From Candidatus Rokuibacteriota bacterium (lineage in GTDB: Bacteria; Methylomirabilota; Methylomirabilia; Rokubacteriales; DASRDR01): a stretch of DNA of 44,846 bases. The position numbers were made by a program, and so were the translations under genes. Positions 17,277 to 29,049 of the stretch are shown piece by piece. Position 1 is the first letter of the stretch, and each line of letters starts with the position of its first letter. The stretch spans positions 1 to 44,846 of the forward strand of contig JBIOTN010000004.1 in the NCBI GenBank assembly GCA_044866005.1. The letters run 5' to 3'. The notes under the pieces were generated by a model that did no database searches, was not told the origin of the DNA, and worked only from the letters and a program-made list of their open reading frames with translations.

Positions 17277-19424
17277 TCAGAGGCCCCGGACGCGCTCGAC
17301 GCCGATCACGTCCTTGACGGCCGCGATGGCGCCCATCACGCCCTGGAGCTGGTCGAGGTCGGCGACCTCCACCGTGAAGTGGTTGATGCCCTTCCGATCC
17401 TCGGTGACGGTGACCTCGGCCTTGATGATGTTGACCTGGCGGGAGGAGATGGCGGTGGAGATGTCGGCCAGCAGCCCCGGACGGTCGCGACCGATGAAGA
17501 CGGCGATCTTCACGGGGAGCGGCATCTTCTCGGCCACGTCCCACTCGACCTCGACGGTGCGCTCGCTGTCGAGCACGCCGGCCGAGACGTTCGGACAGTC
17601 CCGCGTGTGGACCGTGATCCCCCGGCCGCGCGTGATGAACCCGACGATGGGGTCCCCGGGCACGGGGCTGCAGCACTTGGCGAACCGCGCCAGCACGTCG
17701 TCCACGCCCTTGACCGTCACGCCGGACTCCGGCCGGGCGCGGGTCGGCGACTTCGACGGGCGGGGCTCGGCCTTCGGCTCCTCCACGGGCTGGGGCGGCA
17801 GGAAGCGGGCGATCACCGTCTGGACCGCCGTCTTCCCGTACCCCAGCCCCGCCAGCAGGTCGTCGACCGTCGAGTAGCCGTGCTCGGTCCCGAGCTTCCG
17901 GAGCTCCTCGGACTCGAGGAGCGTCGACACCGCCAGCCGGTGCTTCTTGGCCTCGCGCTCCAGCAGCTCGCGTCCCAGCATGACGGAGCGGGCTCGCTCC
18001 TCCGTCCGGAGCCACTGCTTGATCTTGGAGCGCGCCCGTGTGGAGTGGACGACCTTGAGCCAGTCGCGGGATGGCCTCTGGGTCGGCGAGGTGACGATCT
18101 CGACGATGTCCCCCTGACGGAGCGCCTGGCGGAGGGGGACCAGCTTGCCGTTGACCCGGGCGCCGACGCAGTGGTTGCCGACCTCGGTGTGGATGGCGTA
18201 GGCGAAGTCGATGGGGGTGGACCCCTCGGGCAGCGCTTTCACGTCCCCCTTCGGCGTGAACACGTAGACCTCGTCGGGGAAGAGATCGACCTTGACGGTC
18301 TCCATGAACTCCCGCGGGTCCTTCATCTCCTGCTGCCACTCGAGCAGCTGCCGCAGCCACACGAAGGCGTGGTCGAAGCCCTCCTTGCCCTTCTTCTCCT
18401 TGTAGAGCCAGTGGGCCGCGATGCCCTCCTCGGCGATCCGGTGCATCTCCGGGGTACGGATCTGGATCTCCACGGGGTCGCCCTTCGGACCGATCACCGT
18501 CGTGTGGAGCGACTGGTACATGTTCGACTTCGGGATCGCGATGAAGTCCTTGAAGCGGCCCGGCACCGGCTTCCAGAGCGAGTGGACGACACCGAGCGCG
18601 CCGTAACAGTCGCGGACGGTCGGCGCGATGATCCGCACCGCGGTCAGGTCGTAGATCTCGTCGAACTCGCGGCCCTGCGCGTGCATCTTCTTGTAGATCG
18701 AGTAGAAGTGCTTGGGCCGCCCGGTGATCTGGGCCTGGATGCCGACCTCGCCCAGCTTCTTCTGGAGGATGGCGATGACCTGATTGATCTCCGCCTCGCG
18801 CTCCAGGCGGCGCTTGGCCACGCGTCGCTGGAGGTCCTCGTACACGTCCGCGTGGAGCGTCCGGAGCGCGAGGTCCTCCAGCTCGCCCTTGACCTTCGCC
18901 ATGCCGAGCCGGTGGGCGAGCGGGGCGTAGATGTCGAGCGTCTCCTGGGCGATCTTCCGCTGCTTGTCGGCCGGCAGGTACTCGAGGGTCCGCATGTTGT
19001 GGAGGCGGTCGGCGAGCTTGATCATGAGCACCCGGATGTCCCGGGCCATGGCGACCAGCATCTTGCGGAAGTTCTCGGCCTGCCGCTCCTCGCGGCTGGC
19101 GAAGGCGAGCTTGCCGATCTTGGTGACGCCGTCCACCAGCTCGGCGATGTCCGCGCCGAAGCGGTCGGCCAGGGCGTCCTTGCTGGTGCCGGTGTCCTCG
19201 AGGACGTCGTGGAGGAGCCCGGCCGTCACGGTGGTCACGTCCATCTTGAAGTCGACCAGGAGGCTCGCGACCGCGAGGGGATGGACGTGGTACGGCTCGC
19301 CCGACAGCCGGCGCTGGCCGTCGTGGACCTCCTCGGAGAACGCATAGGCGCGCCGCACCAGGTCCAGGTCCGCCCCGGGCTGGTAGCGCGGGATCTCCGA
19401 GAGCAGCTCGGCCAGCGTCCGCAT
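17277..19424 (-). CDS. rel: Bifunctional (p)ppGpp synthetase/hydrolase (RelA/SpoT, Rel)
   Basis: Intact HD motif (LLHDVLED), IKLADRLHNMRTL, GRPKHFYSI, YQSLHTTV, TGS and ACT domains. The start may lie slightly further upstream. Confidence 0.96.
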   Translation of the reverse strand: MRTLAELLSEIPRYQPGADLDLVRRAYAFSEEVHDGQRRLSGEPYHVHPLAVASLLVDFKMDVTTVTAGLLHDVLEDTGTSKDALADRFGADIAELVDGVTKIGKLAFASREERQAENFRKMLVAMARDIRVLMIKLADRLHNMRTLEYLPADKQRKIAQETLDIYAPLAHRLGMAKVKGELEDLALRTLHADVYEDLQRRVAKRRLEREAEINQVIAILQKKLGEVGIQAQITGRPKHFYSIYKKMHAQGREFDEIYDLTAVRIIAPTVRDCYGALGVVHSLWKPVPGRFKDFIAIPKSNMYQSLHTTVIGPKGDPVEIQIRTPEMHRIAEEGIAAHWLYKEKKGKEGFDHAFVWLRQLLEWQQEMKDPREFMETVKVDLFPDEVYVFTPKGDVKALPEGSTPIDFAYAIHTEVGNHCVGARVNGKLVPLRQALRQGDIVEIVTSPTQRPSRDWLKVVHSTRARSKIKQWLRTEERARSVMLGRELLEREAKKHRLAVSTLLESEELRKLGTEHGYSTVDDLLAGLGYGKTAVQTVIARFLPPQPVEEPKAEPRPSKSPTRARPESGVTVKGVDDVLARFAKCCSPVPGDPIVGFITRGRGITVHTRDCPNVSAGVLDSERTVEVEWDVAEKMPLPVKIAVFIGRDRPGLLADISTAISSRQVNIIKAEVTVTEDRKGINHFTVEVADLDQLQGVMGAIAAVKDVIGVERVRGL

Positions 19425-19492
19425 ACGCCAAGACCCGACCGCGGCAGCTCCGGCGGCGACCGGAGGCGCGGGCCGTCGGGTATCTAGGTAGT

Positions 19493-20440
19493 CTAGCGCC
19501 CGGCCCCCGCCTTGGCTACGGCCTTTTTCGCGCGGCGCTGCCGGGCCTGGCTCCACGCCTCCCAGTCCACGATGATGGGCGCGGCCACGAAGATCGACGA
19601 GTAGGTGCCCGTGACGACGCCGATCAGCAAGGCGAAGGCGAAGTCCCGCAGGACCTCGCCCCCGAAGGCGTAGAGGACGGCCACCACGAGGAAGACGGTG
19701 AGCGAGGTCAGGATGGTCCGCGAGAGGGTCTGGTTGATCGCGGCGTTGATCACGTCGGCCAGCGTCTCTCCCTTGCGCAGGCCCCGGCCCCGGTGCTCCC
19801 GGATCCGGTCGAAGACCACGATCGTGTCGTTGATCGAGTAGCCGACGATCGTCAGCAGCGCCGCGAGGACGGGCAGGGACATCTCCCGGTTCGTGAGCGA
19901 GATGCCGGCCAGGGCCACCAGCACGTCGTGGAGGAGGGCGATGATGGCGGCCACGCCGCCCCTGAAGTCGAACCGGATCGCGGTGTAGACGAGGATGCCC
20001 GCCATGCCGGCCAGCACGGCGTAGAGAGCGTCGAGCTGGAGGTCGCGGCCGACCTGGGGGCCGACGAACTCGAGCCGCCGCACCTCGAAGCCCGGTAACC
20101 CGCCCTCCTTCAGCCCCGACTCCACGCGCCGGGAGACCTCCTCGAGGCCACCGGCGGCGGCCGGGACGCGGATGAGGTACTCCTGGGCGTCGCCGAACTG
20201 CTGGATCACGCTCTCGCCGAGGCGCACGCGGTCGAGCGCGCCGCGGACCTGGTCGACCGTGATCGCGCGCTCGAAGCGCACCTGGACGAGGGTGCCGCCG
20301 GCGAAGTCGATCCCGTACTGGAGCCCACCTTTGTAGGCGATGTGCAGGAGGCCGGCGAGCGTCACCAGGGCCGAGAGCACATAAGCCCAGCGCCGCTTGC
20401 TGATGAAGTCGTAGCGGGGGTTCACGAAGATCTGGAACAT
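19493..20440 (-). CDS. secF: Protein translocase subunit SecF
   Basis: GIDFAGG, VGPQVG, GYSINDTIVVFDRIRE, TLSRTILTS, GTYSSIFVA. Confidence 0.97.
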   Translation of the reverse strand: MFQIFVNPRYDFISKRRWAYVLSALVTLAGLLHIAYKGGLQYGIDFAGGTLVQVRFERAITVDQVRGALDRVRLGESVIQQFGDAQEYLIRVPAAAGGLEEVSRRVESGLKEGGLPGFEVRRLEFVGPQVGRDLQLDALYAVLAGMAGILVYTAIRFDFRGGVAAIIALLHDVLVALAGISLTNREMSLPVLAALLTIVGYSINDTIVVFDRIREHRGRGLRKGETLADVINAAINQTLSRTILTSLTVFLVVAVLYAFGGEVLRDFAFALLIGVVTGTYSSIFVAAPIIVDWEAWSQARQRRAKKAVAKAGAGR

Positions 20441-20486
20441 TGTGTTACCTCGGAGACGGGTGCTGCCCTCGCCGATGCCTTCCCCC

Positions 20487-22064
<1,578 letters not shown>

Positions 22065-22083
22065 GCGTCGGCTCCTCTCCGCG

Positions 22084-22419
22084 TCAGGCGGACTCCGACT
22101 CGGGTCGCCCGCCGTGGAGCCCGGTCACCGCGCTCCGGACGCACTCCACCCGGACCGAATCGGCGATTCTCAGCGTCACGGTTTGCTCGTTGAGCCCCAC
22201 GATCGTCCCGATGAGCCCGCCGCTCGTGACGACGCGATCGCCCTTCTTCAGGCCGGCGAGCATCTCTTCGCGCCGCTTCCGTTCCTTCTGCTGAGGCCGG
22301 ATGAGCAGGAAAAAGAAGATGGCGAAGATGGCGACCATCGGAATCAACTGGATGACGACGGAGGCGGGGCCGCTTCCGCCCGACGGCGGCGCGCCCAAGG
22401 CGTAGGCGAGGTCGATCAC
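22084..22419 (-). CDS. yajC: Preprotein translocase subunit YajC
   Basis: FFFLLIRPQQK..LKKGDRVVTSGGLIG; GTG start after GGAGGAG. Confidence 0.95.
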   Translation of the reverse strand: MIDLAYALGAPPSGGSGPASVVIQLIPMVAIFAIFFFLLIRPQQKERKRREEMLAGLKKGDRVVTSGGLIGTIVGLNEQTVTLRIADSVRVECVRSAVTGLHGGRPESESA

Positions 22420-23585
22420 GGGGTCTCCTCCACCGCGGGCCACGCGGCGCCCGGCACGGCCGCGGCCTGGCCGTCGCTCCCGGCGTACGCCGCGAGGACC
22501 TGCTTGCGGAAGTCGGCGAACACGCCCGCGGCGATGGCGGCGCGCGCCTCGGCCATGAGCGCGAGGTAGAAGGTCAGGTTGTGCAGGGTCTGCAGGCGGT
22601 ACACGGTCAGCTCGCGCGCGAGAAAGAGGTGGCGAAGGTAGGCGCGGGAGAAGTGCCGACAGGCGTAACAGGGACAGCGCTCGTCGATCGGGCGCCCGTC
22701 CCGGGCGTGCGCGGCGTGCTTGATCACGACCAGACCGTGGCGCGTGAAGAGCTGCCCGGTCCGCGCGTGGCGCGTGGGCAGGACACAGTCGAACAGATCC
22801 ACCCCCGCGGCGATCGCCTCGACGAGGTCGCCCGGGCGTCCCACCCCCATGAGGTACCGGGGCTGTGCCCGCGGCAGCGCCGCGGCCGTCTCGGCGACGA
22901 GGTCCACCGTGAGCCCGCTCGGCTCGCCGACCGCGAACCCGCCCAGGGCATAGCCGTCGAAGCCGATGGCGCACGTCGCGTCCACCGCGGCGCGCCGCAG
23001 GTCGCCGTACATCCCGCCCTGGACGATGCCGAAGCAGGCCTGGCCCGGTCGCCCGCTGGCCGCGTGGGCGGCGCGGGCGCGGCGCGCCCAGCGGACCGTG
23101 CGCGCCAAAGACACCTCCGCGTCGGCCCGCGTCGCCGGGTACGGGAGACACTCGTCGAGCGGGTGCAGGATGTCGGCACCCAGGGCGTGCTGGACCTCGA
23201 CGGCCAGCTCGGGCGTCAGGAGGTGCTCGCTCCCGCCGTCCAGGTGCGAGCGGAAGCGCACGCCCTCCTCCCCGATCGTCCGCAAGGCGGCCAGGCTCCA
23301 CACCTGGTACCCGCCCGAGTCGGTCAGGATCGGCCCGTCCCAGCCCATGAAGGCGTGGAGGCCGCCGAGCTCGGCGACGAGGGCAGGGCCCGGACGGAGG
23401 AAGAGATGATAGGTGTTCGCGAGGACGATCTGCGCGCCCACGCTCCCGAGGTCGGCCGGCGTGAGGCTCTTCACCACGCCGTGCGTCCCGACGGGCATGA
23501 AGGCCGGGGTGTCGACGAGCCCGTGCGGCGTGGTGAGCCGCCCGCGTCGGGCGCCGCCGTCCTCCGCGATCAGCTCGAACGTCAT
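22416..23585 (-). CDS. tgt: tRNA-guanine transglycosylase
   Basis: TPAFMPVGT, LANTYHL, LTDSGG, GIVQGG, YLMGVG, DCVLPTR, CPCYAC. Confidence 0.97.
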   Translation of the reverse strand: MTFELIAEDGGARRGRLTTPHGLVDTPAFMPVGTHGVVKSLTPADLGSVGAQIVLANTYHLFLRPGPALVAELGGLHAFMGWDGPILTDSGGYQVWSLAALRTIGEEGVRFRSHLDGGSEHLLTPELAVEVQHALGADILHPLDECLPYPATRADAEVSLARTVRWARRARAAHAASGRPGQACFGIVQGGMYGDLRRAAVDATCAIGFDGYALGGFAVGEPSGLTVDLVAETAAALPRAQPRYLMGVGRPGDLVEAIAAGVDLFDCVLPTRHARTGQLFTRHGLVVIKHAAHARDGRPIDERCPCYACRHFSRAYLRHLFLARELTVYRLQTLHNLTFYLALMAEARAAIAAGVFADFRKQVLAAYAGSDGQAAAVPGAAWPAVEETP

Positions 23586-23602
23586 TGGCCTGTGCTTACC
23601 AT

Positions 23603-23749
23603 GCCGGGCCGAGACCCGAGCAGCCCTGGGACGCAGGGAGGAGGCGGGCTCGCCGACGACCCCAGACGCCGGGACGGCCGCGAGGCCGCAGGCCGAGCCC
23701 GTCCCGGCCGTGATGCAGGACGCCGGGATGCGAAGGGTATCGGCACGGC
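23603..23749 (-). repeat. Repeat family 1 full copy between queA and tgt
   Basis: GCCGTGCCGATACCCTTCGCATCCCGGCGTCCT...GCCTCCTCCCTGCGTCCCAGGGCTGCTCGGGTCTCGGCCCGGC. Both arms are near-identical to 42500-42619 and the termini are complementary. Confidence 0.9.
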
Positions 23750-24789
23750 TAGAGCACCAGCATGGCGTCGCCATACGAATAGAACCGGTATCCCGCGGCG
23801 ACGGCATGGCGGTAGGCGGCGAGCAGTCGCTCGCGGCCCGCGATGGCGGACACGAGCAGGAGCAGGGAGGAGCGGGGCAGGTGGAAGTTCGTGAGCAGGG
23901 CCTCCACCGCGCGGAACCGATAGCCGGGCGTGATGGTGAGGTCGGTCCAGCCCTCCGCGGCGCCGATCGACCCATCCGGGCGGGCGGCGCTCTCCAGGGC
24001 TCGCACGGTCGTCGTGCCGACCGCGACGACCCGGCGTCCCTCGGCACGGGCCCGGCTGAGCGCGCCCGCCGTCCCGGAGGGCACCTCGTAGCGCTCCGCC
24101 TCCATCCGGTGATCGCTCACACGCGCGACCCGGATGGGGCGGAAGGTCCCCGGCCCGACGTGCAGCGTGACCCGGTGGAGCTCGACCCCCTGCGCCTCGA
24201 GGGCCGCGAGCAGCTCCGGCGTGAAGTGGAGCCCGGCGGTCGGCGCCGCGACGGCGCCCTCGCGGGCCGCGTAAACGGTCTGGTAGCGCGTCCAGTCCTC
24301 CCCCCCGGGCTTCCGGTAGCGCCGGATGTACGGGGGCAGCGGCGGCAACCCGTGGGCCGCGAGGAGGTCGCCGACCGTGCCCGGCGTCTCCAGGGCGAGG
24401 CGCCGCCGGCCCGCCTCGCCCAGACCGGTGACGCGCGCCCGCGCTCCGCCATCCGCGAGGACGAGCGTGGCGCCCACCGGGCAGCGGCGCGCGGGACGCA
24501 CGAATCCCTCCCACTCGCCGCCGTCGACCTCCCGGATCAGCAGGAGCTCCACGCGCTGCTCGGCGCCGGCCACGTGACCGAGGAGCCGGGCCGGCAGTAC
24601 CCGCGTGTCGTTCACGACGAGGCAATCGCCCGGCCGCAGGAAGCCGCCGAGCTCGCGCACGTCGCTGTCCCGGACGGCTCCCGAGCGCCGGTCCAGGACG
24701 AGCAGCCGCGCGCCGTCCCGGGGCTCCGCCGGGTCCTGCGCGATCCGGTCCGGCGGCAGCTCGTAGTCGAAGCGCGCGAGGTCAGCCAA
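23749..24789 (-). CDS. queA: S-adenosylmethionine:tRNA ribosyltransferase-isomerase
   Basis: FDYELP, VNDTRVLPARL, PLPPYI, YQTVYA, AAPTAGLHFT, TNFHLP, YRFYSYGDAM. Confidence 0.97.
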   Translation of the reverse strand: MADLARFDYELPPDRIAQDPAEPRDGARLLVLDRRSGAVRDSDVRELGGFLRPGDCLVVNDTRVLPARLLGHVAGAEQRVELLLIREVDGGEWEGFVRPARRCPVGATLVLADGGARARVTGLGEAGRRRLALETPGTVGDLLAAHGLPPLPPYIRRYRKPGGEDWTRYQTVYAAREGAVAAPTAGLHFTPELLAALEAQGVELHRVTLHVGPGTFRPIRVARVSDHRMEAERYEVPSGTAGALSRARAEGRRVVAVGTTTVRALESAARPDGSIGAAEGWTDLTITPGYRFRAVEALLTNFHLPRSSLLLLVSAIAGRERLLAAYRHAVAAGYRFYSYGDAMLVL

Positions 24790-25144
24790 TGCGGCTCCCC
24801 AGCGCGACGTCGCGCTCCGGGCGGAGGAGGATCACCTCGCGGCCGTTCACGTACGCCCCCAGGACGAGCACCTCGGAGACGAACGGGCCGATCTGCTTCG
24901 GCGGAAAGTTCACGACGCACACGACCTGCCGTCCGATCAGCTCCGCCGGCCGGTAGTGGTCGGTGATCTGGGCGCTCGCCTGCCTCCGGCCGAGCGGTCC
25001 GAAGTCGATCCCGAGCTTGTACGCGGGCTGGCGCGCCTCGGGAAAGGGCTCGGCGCGCACCACGACGCCGACCCGCACGTCGACCTTCTCGAAGTCGCTC
25101 CAGGTGATGGTGGAGACCCTATCGGCAGAAGCTCTCGCGGTCAT
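24782..25144 (-). CDS. tRNA-binding OB-fold protein (CsaA/Trbp111-like)
   Basis: DFEKVDVRVG..AEPFPEAR.PAYKL.IDFG..SAQIT..VVNFPPKQIGPFVSEVLVLG. Confidence 0.9.
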   Translation of the reverse strand: MTARASADRVSTITWSDFEKVDVRVGVVVRAEPFPEARQPAYKLGIDFGPLGRRQASAQITDHYRPAELIGRQVVCVVNFPPKQIGPFVSEVLVLGAYVNGREVILLRPERDVALGSRIG

Positions 25145-26310
25145 CGGAGCGTCGCCAGCGCGGTGCCGGGATAGTAGTGGGCGAGGATCTGGGGGTAGGC
25201 GTAGCCGCGGTCGGCCATGCCCTTGGCCCCGAACTGGGAGAGGCCCGCGCCGTGCCCCCAGCCCCGCCCCTCGAAGCGGACAGCGCCGTCCGCGGCCAGG
25301 ACCGGCACGAACAGCGTGCTCTTGAGCACGTCGTAGCCGATGAGCCGCCGGAAGTCGGTGCCCTTGAGCGTCGTGGTCCCGCGCGTGTGGTCGACCGCGA
25401 GCCGCGCGACGCGGAAGGACGGGCTGCGCTCGAGCACCGAGAGCCCGGTCACCTCGCCGACGTCGAAGCCGCCCTGGCGGAGCCGCTCGGCCAGGGTCGC
25501 CAGCGGCAGGGTCATCGTCCACGTGTAGTTGGGGGAGTCGATCGAGAACTCGTCGCGGATCCCCGGCAGCGGCGGGATGCCCTCGCCGGAGAAGATGTTC
25601 TGCGCGGGCTCCGTGAACCCGCCGGAGTCCGAATGGTAGAAGGCGGGGAACACGCTGCCCTGCCAGGTGAGCACCTGCCCCGCCGTCGCGCGCGCGGCTT
25701 CCCGGGCAGGCGAGCCGTCGCCAGCGCGTCCGGCGTAGTTCTGGTGGGCGTTGCCGGCGACCAGGTGGTAGGGCTTCGCCGCGTTCCGGCGCTGGTGGAA
25801 CACGCCGTAGGTCCGGGCCACCACCGCCATGGCCCGCAGCGCCTCCACCGGCCACCGCTCGGAGGTCTCCGCCCGCACGGTGCCGGCGACATACTCCTCG
25901 AGCGACAGCTCGTTGATGAGGACGAGCAGGCCTTCGCCGTTGCGCCAGACCTCCAGGGCGCCGGCGTAATCGCCCGTGCCGACCCGGACCGGGCCCCGGC
26001 GCGTCTCGACGCGCACCGCGCCCATCGCGAGGCGGCGCGCCTCCCCGGCCGTCTTCCCCCACACCATCTCGAGCCCCGTCCCCACCGGCACGATGCGGAC
26101 CACCCGGCCGCCCGGGATGCCGAAGAGCGGCCGCCGCGTGCTGCCGTCCAGCACGGTGGCGAGATCCCCCATCCCGAGCTCGACGGCGCGGAGGCCTTCC
26201 CCGAGCGCCACGCGGATCGGCTCCGCGGCGACGGCCGGCGACGGGGTGGCGAGGAGCAGCAGCAGGACGGCGCCAGCGCGGCTCATCAGGGCGACCATCG
26301 CCGCCCTCAT
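25141..26310 (-). CDS. SpoIID/LytB domain protein (lytic transglycosylase-like)
   Basis: Signal peptide; INELSLEEYV, EALRAMAVVARTY, YHSDSGG, GRGWGHGAGLSQFGA, ILAHYYPG. Confidence 0.93.
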   Translation of the reverse strand: MRAAMVALMSRAGAVLLLLLATPSPAVAAEPIRVALGEGLRAVELGMGDLATVLDGSTRRPLFGIPGGRVVRIVPVGTGLEMVWGKTAGEARRLAMGAVRVETRRGPVRVGTGDYAGALEVWRNGEGLLVLINELSLEEYVAGTVRAETSERWPVEALRAMAVVARTYGVFHQRRNAAKPYHLVAGNAHQNYAGRAGDGSPAREAARATAGQVLTWQGSVFPAFYHSDSGGFTEPAQNIFSGEGIPPLPGIRDEFSIDSPNYTWTMTLPLATLAERLRQGGFDVGEVTGLSVLERSPSFRVARLAVDHTRGTTTLKGTDFRRLIGYDVLKSTLFVPVLAADGAVRFEGRGWGHGAGLSQFGAKGMADRGYAYPQILAHYYPGTALATLR

Positions 26311-26534
26311 CGCCGCGAGAGGAACGTCAGCACCAGCGTCAGCACGACGCTGAGGAGGATGGATGTCGTGAGGGGGAAGTAGAACGACCAGTTCCCCCGC
26401 TGGATGTGGATGTCGCCCGGGAGGCGGCCCACGTACGGCACCTTGTCCCCGAACGAGCCGGACAGGACCAGGACGCCTCCCACGACGACCAGGAGGACCC
26501 CGAACCCGATGAGCAGTTTACCGACGTCTGCCAT
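26307..26534 (-). CDS. DUF2905 small membrane protein
   Basis: GRLPGDIHI..FYFPLTTSILLSVVL; usual position between ruvB and spoIID/queA. Confidence 0.92.
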   Translation of the reverse strand: MADVGKLLIGFGVLLVVVGGVLVLSGSFGDKVPYVGRLPGDIHIQRGNWSFYFPLTTSILLSVVLTLVLTFLSRR

Positions 26535-26562
26535 CTGACCACCTCAATTCTAGACCGGCCGT

Positions 26563-26642
26563 CGGGCCGTGAACCGAGCAGATCAAGCACGCAGGCCCCA
26601 GAGGCGCCGAGGACGCCGAGCTGCGACGGTTATCGGCACGGC
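26563..26642 (-). repeat. Repeat family 1 shortened copy after the ruvB stop
   Basis: GCCGTGCCGATAACCGTCGCAGCTCGGCGTCCT...CTGCGTG..CTGCTCGGTTCACGGCCCG. Confidence 0.75.
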
Positions 26643-26643
26643 A

Positions 26644-27768
26644 CTACAGGGAGAGCTGAAGCGGGCCCTCCGCGCGATAGCCGAGGTGCTGGTAGGCCGC
26701 CGGCGTCGCCCGGCGTCCGGTCGGGCTGCGGACCAGGAAGCCGATCTTCAGGAGATAGGGCTCGACCATCTCGGCGAGCGTCTCCGCCTCGTCGTTGATG
26801 GTGGCGGCGATCGCCTCGAGCCCCACCGGTCCGCCGCCGTACTGTTCGATGATCGCCTGCATGAAGCGCCGGTCGAGGCGGTCGAGGCCCCGCCCGTCCA
26901 CACCCTCCATGGTGAGCGCGGCGTGCGCCGCCTCGCGCGAGATGGAGCCGTCGCCGCGCACCTGGGCGAAGTCGCGGACCCGGCGCAGCAGTCGGTTCGC
27001 GATGCGCGGCGTGCCGCGGGCCCGGCGGGCGATCTCCCGCGCGCCCTCCGCTTCGATGGGCACGCCGAGGATGCCCGCCGACCGCGTCACGATGCTCTGG
27101 AGCTCCTCCTCCGTGTAGAAGTCCAGGTGGTGGAAGATGCCGAACCGCTCGCGCAGGGGCGCGCTGAGCATCCCCGGTCGGGTCGTGGCCCCCACGAGGG
27201 TGAAGGCCTTGAGGGGGATCCGGATGGTGCGCGCGTGCATCCCCTTCTCCACGACGAAGTTGACTTCGAAGTCCTCCATCGCGGGATAGAGGAGCTCCTC
27301 CACCACGCGCGGGAGCCGGTGGATCTCGTCGATGAAGAGCACGTCCCGCGCCTCGAGGCTGGTGAGGATGCCCATGAGGTCGTCGCCGCGCTCGAGCGCC
27401 GGCCCGGAGGTCGGCTTGACGTCGCTGGCCATCTCGTTGGCGAGGACGTAGGCGAGCGTGGTCTTCCCCAGTCCGGGCGGCCCGTAGAGCAGCACGTGGT
27501 CCAGGCACTCGCCGCGCTGCCGCGCCGCCTCGACCGAGACGCGCAGGCTCTCCACGGCCTCCCGCTGGCCGACGTACTCCTCGAGGCGCCGCGGCCTCAG
27601 CGCCCGCTCGAAGTGCGCGTCCTCGGGAAGCGGCAGCCGGCTGAGGAGCGCTTCGTCGTTCGTGGGGGGCGACGCCGGGCTCGGCCCTCCCGCCACGGCG
27701 CTCGCCGGGGGCTGTCCCGGCCCCTCGCGCGCGGCTCGCCGTCGCAGCTCCTTCCCTTCGCTCGTCAC
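26644..27768 (-). CDS. ruvB: Holliday junction branch migration helicase RuvB
   Basis: [50 protein letters not shown]. Confidence 0.97.
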   Translation of the reverse strand: MTSEGKELRRRAAREGPGQPPASAVAGGPSPASPPTNDEALLSRLPLPEDAHFERALRPRRLEEYVGQREAVESLRVSVEAARQRGECLDHVLLYGPPGLGKTTLAYVLANEMASDVKPTSGPALERGDDLMGILTSLEARDVLFIDEIHRLPRVVEELLYPAMEDFEVNFVVEKGMHARTIRIPLKAFTLVGATTRPGMLSAPLRERFGIFHHLDFYTEEELQSIVTRSAGILGVPIEAEGAREIARRARGTPRIANRLLRRVRDFAQVRGDGSISREAAHAALTMEGVDGRGLDRLDRRFMQAIIEQYGGGPVGLEAIAATINDEAETLAEMVEPYLLKIGFLVRSPTGRRATPAAYQHLGYRAEGPLQLSL

Positions 27769-28409
27769 GCGCTACCCCGGCGGGCGCGGTAGATCTCCTC
27801 GAACAGGGCCTCCGGCGTGTCGAGGCCCGGGCGGCGCGCCAGCGCCTGCCCGATGGCCTGGTCGGCTTCCGCGGCGCGGAGGCCGAGCTGCCGGACGAGC
27901 ACCTCCCGGACCACGCTCCGCACCTCGTCCTCGACCCGCTCCACGGGCGGCTTCGGCAGCTCCTCGCGCGGCATGAGGGCGTACTTCGCCACCTTGCCCT
28001 CGAGCTGGGCGATGATGTTCCGGCACTTCTGGGGACCGATCCCCGGCAGGCGCCGCAGGAAGCGCTCGTCCTTCCGGACGATGGCGTCGGCGATCTCGGG
28101 GATCGGCGCGACGAGGGCGCGCGCCGCGACCAGCGGGCCGACGTCCTTCACCGTGATGAGGTGCTCGAAGAACTCCCGCTCGAGCTCGCCCGCAAACCCG
28201 ATCAGGACCGGCCGCGGCTGATCCCGGGTGGCGTGGTAGTAGATGACCAGGGCGAGCTCGGCGCCCTCCTCGCCGTCCCCGGCTGCGGCGCCCCCCAGGC
28301 CGGCGAGCACGACCGGCGGGAGCACGACCTCGTAGCCGACGCCGGCCGACTCCACCACGACCCGCCCCCCCAGGCGACGCCGCAAACGCCCGCGCAGCGA
28401 CGCGATCAT
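27765..28409 (-). CDS. ruvA: Holliday junction DNA-binding protein RuvA (divergent)
   Basis: MIASLRG, GVGYEV, HhH motifs VKDVGP and LPGIGPQK; lies between ruvC and ruvB. Confidence 0.9.
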   Translation of the reverse strand: MIASLRGRLRRRLGGRVVVESAGVGYEVVLPPVVLAGLGGAAAGDGEEGAELALVIYYHATRDQPRPVLIGFAGELEREFFEHLITVKDVGPLVAARALVAPIPEIADAIVRKDERFLRRLPGIGPQKCRNIIAQLEGKVAKYALMPREELPKPPVERVEDEVRSVVREVLVRQLGLRAAEADQAIGQALARRPGLDTPEALFEEIYRARRGSA

Positions 28410-28416
28410 CGGGCGA

Positions 28417-28938
28417 TCATCGGCCTCCCAGGCCGCGGACTCGCGAAAGACCGGTGAAGGCGAGCGCCAGGGCATCGGCCACGTGGCTGGGCCGTGGGAG
28501 GCTGGGGAGGCCGAGCAGGGCCTGCACCGCGCGCGCCACCTGGCTCTTGGGGGCCGCCCCGGAGGCGGTGACGGCCCGCTTGACCTCGGCCGGAGTGACG
28601 CTGAGGAGCGTGAGCTTGCGCTGCCGACCTGCGAGACAGATCACGGCCCGGGCATGCCCCATCAGGATTGCCGTCCGGGGGATGGCGGGACGGCTGAACA
28701 CGTCTTCGATCACGATCAGGTCGGGGGCGAACGAGCCGAGAACCCCTTGCACGCCCTCGAAGAGCTGCTCGAGCCGGACCTCGAGCGGATCGGCCGGCTG
28801 CGTCCGGATGACGCCGACGCCCAGGACGGCTGGGGACTGGCGTCCCCCGCGGAGTGCCGCGAAGCCCGTCTCGGCGAGGCCGGGGTCGAAGGCCACCGCG
28901 CACAACCCGGCGGCGCCTGCCGGCGACCCGATGCTCAC
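28417..28938 (-). CDS. ruvC: Crossover junction endodeoxyribonuclease RuvC
   Basis: FDPGLAETG, IEDVF, GHARAV, EVKRAVTASG.A.K.QV, HVADALA. Start uncertain (28905 or 28938). Confidence 0.92.
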   Translation of the reverse strand: MSIGSPAGAAGLCAVAFDPGLAETGFAALRGGRQSPAVLGVGVIRTQPADPLEVRLEQLFEGVQGVLGSFAPDLIVIEDVFSRPAIPRTAILMGHARAVICLAGRQRKLTLLSVTPAEVKRAVTASGAAPKSQVARAVQALLGLPSLPRPSHVADALALAFTGLSRVRGLGGR

Positions 28939-29049
28939 GGGACGGGTCTCCGGACTGCGAGACGGCGACGAGGCCCGGCGCCGGGATCGGACCGCGGCCC
29001 CACGGCCGTCCCCGGGCGCCCGGGCGGGCACGGGGCGATCGGGCGCGCC

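Noticed and set aside
28417..28938. RuvC with His in place of one C-terminal catalytic Asp (HVAD), and a divergent RuvA
   Set aside because: This looks like ordinary family variation, and the operon context is canonical.
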